Assembly: GCA_965246885.1 (NCBI GenBank)
Contig: OZ251992.1
Location: 2,080,001 to 2,144,000, forward strand
Direction of reading: 5' to 3'
Length of the DNA: 64,000 bases
Source of the DNA: Abditibacterium sp.
GTDB lineage: Bacteria > Armatimonadota > Abditibacteriia > Abditibacteriales > Abditibacteriaceae
The position numbers and the translations under genes were made by a program. Positions 56,401-64,000 of this stretch are shown in pieces. Numbering within the stretch: the stretch's first letter is position 1; the number at the start of each line of letters is the position of its first letter. The notes under the pieces were generated by a model that saw nothing but the letters and a program-made list of their open reading frames with translations, did not search any database and was not told where the DNA came from.

Positions 56401-56745
56401 TTACTCTTCGAGCCGCGCTCCCGCTTGTTCCAATTGCAACGGCTCCCCTAAGGGCGTTCCCGGTGCGTGTCGCAGTTCCGCACACCATTCGAGATAATCG
56501 TCCGCCGAATCGCGGAAAGCGGCCTCGGTTTCGACGGGCGTATCGCCCTGAAAAGTAATCAGGTCGCGCAGATGCAGAACGTCGCCATGAAACAGCTGTG
56601 CGTCGTCGTCCCACTGCGCCTGTCCAATGTAGCCTTTGTAGATCATGTTTCGTCCTCTCAGCGATTCGACATCATCCCATTGGACGTTGGCCCGCATCGG
56701 CTCCTCAAACACGGGAGAAAGCGTCTTTTTCTGACGAGAGTTCAT
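56401..56745 (-). pseudogene. Deleted hicAB toxin-antitoxin remnant (HicA N-terminus in frame with truncated HicB)
   Basis: MNSRQKKTL..VF..P..ANVQWDDVESL (HicA-like) joined to MIYKGY...FHG.V....D.ITFQG....AFRDS.DDYL..C (HicB-like). Confidence 0.75.
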
Positions 56746-56748
56746 GGC

Positions 56749-56781
56749 GAAGAAAGGCCCGACTCTTTCGAGCCGGGCCTT
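56749..56781 (-). terminator. Terminator-like hairpin after aceE
   Basis: Minus strand AAGGCCCGGCTC-GAAA-GAGTCGGGCCTT-TCTTC. Confidence 0.65.
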
Positions 56782-56788
56782 CGGGTTT

Positions 56789-59626
56789 CTACGCGATGTG
56801 GGGGTTCAGCTTGTCCGCGTTGATGCCCATGTCTTGCATGGCGGCTTGGACAACAGGCCATTCCATTTTGCCTTGCTTGGCCAGTTCGCTGAGCGCCGCG
56901 AGAGTAACGTAGCGGGCGTCCACCTCGAAGAAGTCGCGCAGGGCGCCGCGTCCGTCGCTTCTTCCAAAGCCATCCGTGCCAAGGCACGCCATCGGGAGTG
57001 GGACGTATTGGGCGATGCTTTCGGGCAAGGCTTTGACGTAATCGCTCGCGGCCACCACTACGTCCCCGCGTCCCTCCAAGTTTCGTGCGACGAAACTGAG
57101 TTTAGCGTCGTCGCCGGGATGAAGCAGGTTGTGCCGCGCGGTCTGCATGGCGTCGCGGTAGAGTTGCTGGTAGCTCGTCACGCTCCACACATCGGCCTCG
57201 ACGCCGTATTTGAGGAGCATGCCCTGCGCTTTGACGACTTCGTTGAGGATGGTGCCCGATCCGAAAAGTTGCGCGCGCAGTTTGGGGGCTTGGGCGGGCG
57301 CAGAGGCGGGCGCGGCCTTTTGGGTGGCGGCGCGCTTGTTTTTGGACTCGCTCGACACGCCGTCGCCTCCGGTGCCCTCACCGGCTTGCACCATCGCGTC
57401 GGGGGCCTCGGTCGCCCCGGTGCCACCGCCGACGGCTTCGGATGCAGTACGGAAGAGATACATCCCCTTGATGACGCCCTCGCGGATGCCCTCGCGCTCC
57501 GGCATCGGCGGCATGGCGTACTGCTCATTCATGAGGGTGACGTAGTAGAACTCGGAGTGGCCCTCGTGGAACATGCGCTTGATGCCTTCTTGGACGACGA
57601 TGGCCAGTTCAAAAGCGTAGGCGGGGTCGTAGGCTTTCATGTTCGGCACCGCGAAGGCGTTGAGGTGCGAGTGCCCGTCTTGGTGTTGCAATCCCTCGCC
57701 GTTGAGGGTCGTGCGCCCCGCCGTGCCGCCGAGCAAAAAGCCCTTGGCGCGCTGGTCGCCCGCGAGCCAGACCTGATCGCCCACGCGCTGCATCCCGAAC
57801 ATCGAGTAGTAGATGTAAAGCGGAATCATGGGGAGAGAATGCGTCGCGTAGGCGGTGCCCGCCGCGATGAAACTCGCCATCGAACCGGCCTCGTTGATGC
57901 CCTCTTCGAGGATTTGCCCGTTGGTCGCCTCCTTATAATACATGACGTTCTGGCGGTCTACCGGCTCATACAGTTGCCCGATGTGCGAGTAGATGCCAAA
58001 GCGCCCGATTAGCCCTTCCATGCCGAAGGTGCGCGCTTCGTCGGGCACAATGGGAACGATCCATTTGCCCAACTGCGAGTCGCGCAACAGGTTTTGCATG
58101 ATGGTGACCATGACCTGCGTGGTGGAAGGCTGCTTGTCGGATTTGGGGTCGGTGCCGATGAGGAACTGCTTGAAGATTTCATCCGAGGGCGCGGGCAGCA
58201 TAGGCGCGTCTTCGCGGCGTAGCGGGATAGGGCCGCCCAAGGCTTCGCGCCGCTTGCGGACGTACTGGACTTCGGGCGAGTCGTCGGCGGGGCGGTAGAA
58301 CGGCGCCTTTTCGACGGCCTCTTCGCTGATGGGGATTTGGAAGCGGTCGCGGAATTGGCGCAGTTCGGCCTCGTTCATCTTCTTGGCGTTGTGCGCGACG
58401 TTTTTCCCTTCGCCCGCTTCGCCCATGCCGTAGCCCTTGATGGTTTTGGCGAGAATGACCGTCGGGCGCCCCTTGGTTTTGGTGGCGGCGTCGTAAGCCG
58501 CGAAGACCTTGACTGGGTCGTGCCCGCCGCGCCGGATGGTGCGAATTTGCTCGTCGGTCAGTTGCTCGGCCAGCTTGCGCGTGTGTTCGGTCGCGCCGAA
58601 GAAGTGCTCGCGGACGTATTCGCCGGTCGAGACGGTGTATTTCTGGTATTGCCCGTCCACGACGCGGCCCATCTGCTCGACCAAATCGCCGTTGTCGGCT
58701 TCAAGAATCGGATCCCAGTCGCTGCCCCAAATGACCTTGATGACGTTCCAGCCCGCGCCACGAAAGAGGGTTTCTAATTCCTGAATGATCTTCCCGTTGC
58801 CGCGCACCGGGCCGTCCAAGCGTTGCAAGTTGCAGTTGACGACCCAGCAAAGGTTGTCCAGTTTTTCGCGCGCCGCGAGGGTGATGGCGCCGGTTGTTTC
58901 TGGTTCGTCGGTCTCGCCGTCGCCGATAAAGCACCATACGCGCTGCTTGCTCGTGTCCTTGAAGCCCCGGTCTTGCAGGTAGCGGTTGAAGCGCGCCTGA
59001 TAGATGGAGCCAATCGGCCCCAAGCCCATCGAAACCGTCGGGAACTCCCAGAAGTCGGGCATCAGAAATGGGTGCGGATACGACGACAGACCGAAAGTAT
59101 CGCCGCGCAGTTCTTGGCGGAAGTTGGTCAGGTTCGCTTCGGACAAGCGGCCTTCGAGAAAGGCGCGACTATACATTCCGGGCGAGGCGTGGCCTTGGAA
59201 ATAGATTTGGTCGCCGCCGTCGGGATGGTCTTTGCCCTTGAAGAAGTGGTTGAAGCCGACATCATACAGCGTCGCGGACGAGGCGAAGGTCGAGATGTGG
59301 CCGCCGATGGAGTCGTTGAACTTGTTGGCGCGCGCCACCATCGCCATCGCGTTCCAGCGCACGATGTTGAGGATGCGCTTTTCCATTTCCAAATCGCCGG
59401 GAAAGTCGGGCTGCTGGTCGGGCGGAATGGTGTTGACGTAGGGCGTGTTGAACGTGAAGGGAATCTGCACGCCCTTCTTGGCGGCGTGCGCTTCGAGTCG
59501 CTCCAACAGTTCGCCCGCGCGCTCTGGCCCCGCGCTGTGCAAAACATAGTCGAGCGAATCGAGCCATTCCTGATTCTCGATGGCATGAAGGTCGGCGGAA
59601 GCGCCGGGAAGTGCGGAGTTGCTCAT
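56789..59626 (-). CDS. aceE: Pyruvate dehydrogenase E1, homodimeric type
   Basis: GGHISTF, FPTVSMGLGP, GDGETDEPE, LNGEGLQHQDGHS, LGTDGFGRSD. Confidence 0.97.
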   Translation of the reverse strand: MSNSALPGASADLHAIENQEWLDSLDYVLHSAGPERAGELLERLEAHAAKKGVQIPFTFNTPYVNTIPPDQQPDFPGDLEMEKRILNIVRWNAMAMVARANKFNDSIGGHISTFASSATLYDVGFNHFFKGKDHPDGGDQIYFQGHASPGMYSRAFLEGRLSEANLTNFRQELRGDTFGLSSYPHPFLMPDFWEFPTVSMGLGPIGSIYQARFNRYLQDRGFKDTSKQRVWCFIGDGETDEPETTGAITLAAREKLDNLCWVVNCNLQRLDGPVRGNGKIIQELETLFRGAGWNVIKVIWGSDWDPILEADNGDLVEQMGRVVDGQYQKYTVSTGEYVREHFFGATEHTRKLAEQLTDEQIRTIRRGGHDPVKVFAAYDAATKTKGRPTVILAKTIKGYGMGEAGEGKNVAHNAKKMNEAELRQFRDRFQIPISEEAVEKAPFYRPADDSPEVQYVRKRREALGGPIPLRREDAPMLPAPSDEIFKQFLIGTDPKSDKQPSTTQVMVTIMQNLLRDSQLGKWIVPIVPDEARTFGMEGLIGRFGIYSHIGQLYEPVDRQNVMYYKEATNGQILEEGINEAGSMASFIAAGTAYATHSLPMIPLYIYYSMFGMQRVGDQVWLAGDQRAKGFLLGGTAGRTTLNGEGLQHQDGHSHLNAFAVPNMKAYDPAYAFELAIVVQEGIKRMFHEGHSEFYYVTLMNEQYAMPPMPEREGIREGVIKGMYLFRTASEAVGGGTGATEAPDAMVQAGEGTGGDGVSSESKNKRAATQKAAPASAPAQAPKLRAQLFGSGTILNEVVKAQGMLLKYGVEADVWSVTSYQQLYRDAMQTARHNLLHPGDDAKLSFVARNLEGRGDVVVAASDYVKALPESIAQYVPLPMACLGTDGFGRSDGRGALRDFFEVDARYVTLAALSELAKQGKMEWPVVQAAMQDMGINADKLNPHIA

Positions 59627-59663
59627 GTTGTCTATAGAATTTTACCAAGCGGCGGGCGGCGGG

Positions 59664-60485
59664 TTAACAGCATTGTGCTATGAGCCATGTTTGCGCGAAG
59701 TCGTGCTTTGCGAGGTCGTCGCGGTGCATGAGGTAGAACATCGCTCCCGCGTCGCCCCACATGAAGTCAATCTCATCGTCGGTGTCCACTTGAAGCAGTA
59801 AATTCCAATCGTGAAGCGTGCCGCGCCCCGTCGTGTTAGCCGCTTCAAGGCGTGCGTCGTCTTGGATGGTCGTTGGATAACCCCACATGAGATGGAGAGG
59901 ATGCTTCGGCAACGCCTCTTCAAACGCCGTCCACTGCTCCCGTTCCTCTTCGGATAACTCCGAGAGTTGCTCGCCTGTCACATAGTAGGGATGTCTGGGA
60001 ACATCAGGCGCGACGTCAAAGCGAATCGAAGCCGTGCGAATCGGCATACTTCCGCCAGAGCCTTCGGGAATTTCGATGCGTTGAAGCTCGGACGCAAAGT
60101 GAAAAACCCGGTAGCCGTCTTTGTCCTCTTCGTCGCCATACGGCCAGTCGCCGTCGCCGAAGTAGTAGAAAAACGCCAACACTCCGCTTCGCGGCAAGAC
60201 GCCCTCGACATCGAAGGGCGCGACTTCTTCGAGGTTGATCTGCGCCAAAAAGCCGAGCGGCTCGCCGTTCCACGTTGGCCACTCGAAACCTGCGGTCACG
60301 TCGGGGGCGCCGCCGAATTTGCTGGCGCCGAGGGGAATGAGTGCGTCGTCGGCGCGCGTCGCGGACAGGGCGATGGCGGGGCGAAGCAGGGCGATGAGTG
60401 GCTCTTGCAAACGCACGGGCGCGTGCTGGCGGATGAGCGTTTCCGCGTCGGCGCGCTTATGGGCGTAGGATTCGGTGGGTGTCAT
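59664..60485 (-). CDS. YwqG/DUF1963 family protein
   Basis: SKFGGAPD, PLGFLAQIN, GYP...Q, LLLQVD, MWGDAG. Confidence 0.9.
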   Translation of the reverse strand: MTPTESYAHKRADAETLIRQHAPVRLQEPLIALLRPAIALSATRADDALIPLGASKFGGAPDVTAGFEWPTWNGEPLGFLAQINLEEVAPFDVEGVLPRSGVLAFFYYFGDGDWPYGDEEDKDGYRVFHFASELQRIEIPEGSGGSMPIRTASIRFDVAPDVPRHPYYVTGEQLSELSEEEREQWTAFEEALPKHPLHLMWGYPTTIQDDARLEAANTTGRGTLHDWNLLLQVDTDDEIDFMWGDAGAMFYLMHRDDLAKHDFAQTWLIAQCC

Positions 60486-60545
60486 AGCGATTCGTGGAGT
60501 GGTTTCTTACTGGCAGTTTAGAGGCGGCTTCGTTGTCACACATGC

Positions 60546-60591
60546 AAAAACACCAAAGCCGCGCCGAGGAAACTCCGGCGCGGCTTTGGTG
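60546..60591 (-). terminator. Rho-independent terminator after the DUF1559 pilin gene
   Basis: CACCAAAGCCGCGCCG / CGGCGCGGCTTTGGTG with a T5 tail on the minus strand. Confidence 0.8.
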
Positions 60592-60614
60592 GATATAGGG
60601 CTGGGCAGTTGGAG

Positions 60615-61379
60615 CTATTTCACACGGTCGTCCCCTGGGCGCATGGGGATTTGGAACTGGTCAACGGGAAGGGGTTGGGCGCCGCGCGCTGGGTCTTGAA
60701 TCATACGACCTTGCTGTAGGAACTTCACGTGCCCATCGGCAAAAGCGATGTTCGAGCCGCCCAAATGACGATCGGCTCCAACGATAATGGCAGAGCCGCC
60801 ATCGAACCAGTTAGTCAAAGGCACCGGGTTGTTGGCGTTAACGATGCGCCAAGGCTCCGACCAAACCAAACCAGTAGAATCGGCAATCATCGGTAAAAGA
60901 GCCGACGATCCAATCGAAGCCAAAGCCAAACCGCCGGGGTTAGTGCTTGTTGCCGTGCCTGACGACATAATCCACTCGTTGGCCCCATAGTTGAAGTGAC
61001 TGGGCAATTTTTTGGCGCCTGTCCCATCGTCTAAGAAAATGTCGCTGTCTCCCTTGGCCGAACTGGGACAACGAAAAATCTGGATGCTTTTCGTATACGG
61101 CTGTAGACGAAGCATCCATTCGCCAAACTGGGGCGACTGGCCGAAAGTGGCATAAGCGCCGGTATTGTTGAGTGGGAACCTCTCGTCGTAGTCTTGCACG
61201 TATTGCATAACGCCCAAGCCGATTTGCTTGAGGTTAGACTGGCACGAAGAGCGGCGCGCATTCTCGCGGGCGCGGGCAAAAGCCGGGAACAAGATAGCGG
61301 CGAGAATAGCGATGATAGCGATAACTACCAATAATTCTATTAAAGTAAACGCAGATTTGCGCAAAGTAAAAGTTTTCAT
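60615..61379 (-). CDS. Prepilin-type N-methylation DUF1559 protein with H-X9-DG motif
   Basis: [49 protein letters not shown]. Confidence 0.93.
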   Translation of the reverse strand: MKTFTLRKSAFTLIELLVVIAIIAILAAILFPAFARARENARRSSCQSNLKQIGLGVMQYVQDYDERFPLNNTGAYATFGQSPQFGEWMLRLQPYTKSIQIFRCPSSAKGDSDIFLDDGTGAKKLPSHFNYGANEWIMSSGTATSTNPGGLALASIGSSALLPMIADSTGLVWSEPWRIVNANNPVPLTNWFDGGSAIIVGADRHLGGSNIAFADGHVKFLQQGRMIQDPARGAQPLPVDQFQIPMRPGDDRVK

Positions 61380-61506
61380 GATGATGCACATGTATGACTA
61401 CACAAACAAGTCGCCTTGTGGCTTGACGTCGGTCACATGGAAGTAGTTCTACAATTTAGCGATGCTACTTCCTTGAAAGCGGCGCTTTCGTTCCTTGCGA
61501 GGGTTC

Positions 61507-62724
61507 TCAAAAAAGAACTTTAGGGGGTTTGAATTTGTTTTTGAGTTCGGATAGCGGGGCGTGTTGGCCATCGAAAAGTTGTGATTCAAAAGCCCATAAC
61601 AGCGAAGTGAAACCGTATTGCCGCGCGCGTTTAAAGCTCAACGCGAGTGCGATCGTGTCGCCGTTACCGGTGTTTTCGCCAGAAACTGCGAGCAGTGGGC
61701 GATGGGACGCGCCGAGCGATGAGAGAAAATGAGCGGGCGACCAGCGCGAGCGATCAAAGCTGTATTCGTCGCTGTAGTTTTCGTTCGAGTCAATCCACGT
61801 CGTATGAAGAGTGACTTTCGGGTCAGAAATACCGTTCACCATGCGCTCGAACTCGACTCCCTGCCCTAACTCGCCGTTAATGTGTTGAGTTTCGGCGTTT
61901 AAATCGAGCGCAACTGCGGCGTTTAGTTGGTCGGGACGGATGCCCCACCCCGGATACAGCATCGAAAGCTCGCCCGCGAAACTCCGTCGCACCGTTGTTA
62001 TTTGCCAATCGTGGTAGTTCTTGAGGGAATTCATGTACCAGTTCGCAAATAATGCAGCTTTTTGGTGAGACGGGGAAGCATCCCCCGGTTTCCAACCCGC
62101 AACGGGACAAGGCGCGACTCCGACGGGCAAGCCAACTTTGCGCCCCTGCGCGAGAGCATCAAAGCCCCAGTAGCAATTGGTTTGGGTGTTCCACGTGTTC
62201 GGTGGGTAGTTCAGTTCGTTGTACCAACCCCAACCCAGCCGCACGGCGCGAAAATTGTTGCCCAGATCGGCGAAAACTCGCGCCACATAAGCCGCTTGTC
62301 GCGCCCGGACGGCTTGGTTGAACACGGCATTGGGGATGTTTTTCCCCGGCGCCTGCTCCACGAAAGCCACACCGAATTGGTTGACATAACGCGCATCAGG
62401 CAGTTGCAGCACATCGGCAGGCGGATACTGCATCCCCAAATCGAGCACAATTTGTTGGCCTGCCGAGCGAAAAGCCGCAATCTTGGCTTTAAGCTGATTC
62501 AAGTAGACAGCGTTATATTGCCCCTGCTGCGGCTCGAATCCGTCCCAAGCGATTTCCACTGTGGCAACTGATGCCCCCGCCTCACGCAGTTGTTGTGCTT
62601 TTTGCGGGTCGCTTTGCAGTGTCCCGACCACCAAAGGCGCGCTCTGTGCGGGTGCCCCCTTCTTGATTGTCGCACACAGCATGGCCAAGACCAGCCAGCC
62701 ACGTGCACTTCTAAATAGCGTCAT
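61507..62724 (-). CDS. Exported glycoside hydrolase (clan A TIM barrel, GH42/GH35-like)
   Basis: Signal-like N-terminus, IAWDGFEPQQGQYN, NEL and GENTG glutamate motifs; family uncertain. Confidence 0.7.
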   Translation of the reverse strand: MTLFRSARGWLVLAMLCATIKKGAPAQSAPLVVGTLQSDPQKAQQLREAGASVATVEIAWDGFEPQQGQYNAVYLNQLKAKIAAFRSAGQQIVLDLGMQYPPADVLQLPDARYVNQFGVAFVEQAPGKNIPNAVFNQAVRARQAAYVARVFADLGNNFRAVRLGWGWYNELNYPPNTWNTQTNCYWGFDALAQGRKVGLPVGVAPCPVAGWKPGDASPSHQKAALFANWYMNSLKNYHDWQITTVRRSFAGELSMLYPGWGIRPDQLNAAVALDLNAETQHINGELGQGVEFERMVNGISDPKVTLHTTWIDSNENYSDEYSFDRSRWSPAHFLSSLGASHRPLLAVSGENTGNGDTIALALSFKRARQYGFTSLLWAFESQLFDGQHAPLSELKNKFKPPKVLF

Positions 62725-62896
62725 CAAAGCTCCTTGTTTATCCCGATAGATTTCGCCCGGCGCCCCCGTGAAGGGGAACGTTGAGCACGATTAGGATGTA
62801 TATGAGTATACCCACCGCCAAAGCACTTTAAACAGACGTGCCTTTTATTTTTCCAGATGTCCACCACATTCGTATACTCTTGCCATATAAGTACTC

Positions 62897-64000
62897 ATGC
62901 ACCATTCCTCTACCAACAGCAACACGACCCCGCTCTACAAGCGGATCGAAGATGACCTGCGTGCCCAAATCGCAACGGGACAATTACGCCCCGGAGACCG
63001 CTTGCCGACCATTCAGCAATTGCGCGTGCAATGGGGGGGCGTAAACCATCTAACGGTACGGCGCGCGCTTTCGGCATTGATAAGCGAAGGCTTGCTGCGC
63101 TCCGAGCAAGGGCGCGGCAGCTTCGTTCAAGCGCGCGCACCACTTGTGCGCCGCGTGGCATTGATTGTGCCCAACCTCGAAGACGCGCTCTTCTCAAGCA
63201 TTGCGCGCGGAGTGCAGCGTGTGTTGGCAGAAAGTGGCGTCAAAGCCGTTATCCTCGACTCGCGTGGAACGGATGAGGAACAAGCCGACAATTTTGCTCA
63301 CCTCGAAAGCATGGGGTTAGAAGCCGCTATCTTGTTTCCTGTGATCGAAAGCGACATTGCGGAACGCATTTGCTCTCTCAAAGAGCGCAATTTCCCGATG
63401 GTTTTGGTTGATCGCACCCTTGAAGGCATCCGAGTGCCTTCTGTTGTGGCTGATAATTTCGACGGCGGCCTAAAAATCGCGCGTCACTTGTTGGAGTGCG
63501 GGCACACCCGCATCGCGTGGTTGGGCGAGACAACTTCAAGCGCCGCGAGCGCCCGATTTTCTGGACTGCGCGATGGTTGGAACGATGTTGGCTTGGTTTT
63601 GCCGCGTTCAATGGTGCGCCCAGTTCGCTTTCACGACGTTATCAACCCCGCAACGCAACGCGCCCAACTCACTCGCGGCGTGCGCGAAATCATCGGCGAG
63701 TTGTGGGCTTTAAAAGAGCGCCCAACCGCCTTGGCGTGTGTTAACGATCAGACTGCACTTGTAGCACTCGAAGCTTTGGCGCGCATCGGCGTGCGGGTGC
63801 CGACCGAGTGTGCAGTTACAGGTTTCGACGATGGCCCTGAAGCCGCGCGGTCGTTGCCACCTCTTTCCACTGTCAGACAACCAACTGAAAAGATGGGAGA
63901 GGAGGCCGCACGGTTGCTGATTGAGCGCCTCAATGCCCCCAATGCGCCCATCCAGAACGTCATTTTGCCTGTTGAGTTCGTGCGCCGAGCCAGCACATAA
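62897..64000 (+). CDS. GntR wHTH + LacI-type sugar-binding regulator (AraR-like)
   Basis: PGDRLPT..QL...TVRRAL..L..EG....QGRGSFV; DNFDGG, VTGFDD, LSTVRQP; TAA at window end. Confidence 0.92.
   Translation: MHHSSTNSNTTPLYKRIEDDLRAQIATGQLRPGDRLPTIQQLRVQWGGVNHLTVRRALSALISEGLLRSEQGRGSFVQARAPLVRRVALIVPNLEDALFSSIARGVQRVLAESGVKAVILDSRGTDEEQADNFAHLESMGLEAAILFPVIESDIAERICSLKERNFPMVLVDRTLEGIRVPSVVADNFDGGLKIARHLLECGHTRIAWLGETTSSAASARFSGLRDGWNDVGLVLPRSMVRPVRFHDVINPATQRAQLTRGVREIIGELWALKERPTALACVNDQTALVALEALARIGVRVPTECAVTGFDDGPEAARSLPPLSTVRQPTEKMGEEAARLLIERLNAPNAPIQNVILPVEFVRRAST

Noticed and set aside
39300..56788. Prophage or ICE in the interval between the PDH genes
   Set aside because: No integrase, transposase, phage structural or conjugation genes; most genes have host-like composition
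56744..58012. 422-aa plus-strand ORF
   Set aside because: Antisense shadow of aceE

Overview
64 kb of a GC-rich bacterial chromosome. An Armatimonadota/Abditibacteriaceae-like host is inferred (not proven) from the H-X9-DG prepilin, multiple secretins and gene order. The first third holds four tRNAs (Thr-UGU, Tyr-GUA, Thr-GGU, Trp-CCA) interrupted by a free-standing Zn-finger HNH endonuclease, then secE-nusG-rplKAJL. A 5.4 kb accessory block follows (TPR, orphan histidine kinase, AAC(6')-like GNAT, ExbB-ExbD-TonB-like/vWA), then secY-adk-infA-rpmJ-rpsMKD-rpoA-rplQ-truA-rplM-rpsI; the usual rpoBC/str/S10/spc block is not between them. The middle carries ffh and a five-gene exported-protein operon built around a small 6-Cys secreted protein, catalytically dead C39-like/DUF1573 proteins and a peroxiredoxin, with a low-GC core whose edges fall inside genes; this is the best candidate for an undescribed system. 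Next come trmH and three tandem secretins with no other secretion genes. The PDH genes aceE and aceF-lpdA are separated by 17.5 kb (VapBC between direct repeats, WD40 gene with attC-like remnants, EVE-HNH nuclease, cysDN, DUF1501/DUF1800, RCC1, YARHG, HD-GYP, broken hicAB). The window ends in a GntR/LacI regulator-glycoside hydrolase-DUF1559 pilin locus. Intergenic DNA is rich in REP/MITE-like palindromes and unrelated 21-bp-period arrays. No rRNA, CRISPR array or transposase was seen. All family assignments are by motif recognition, not database search.
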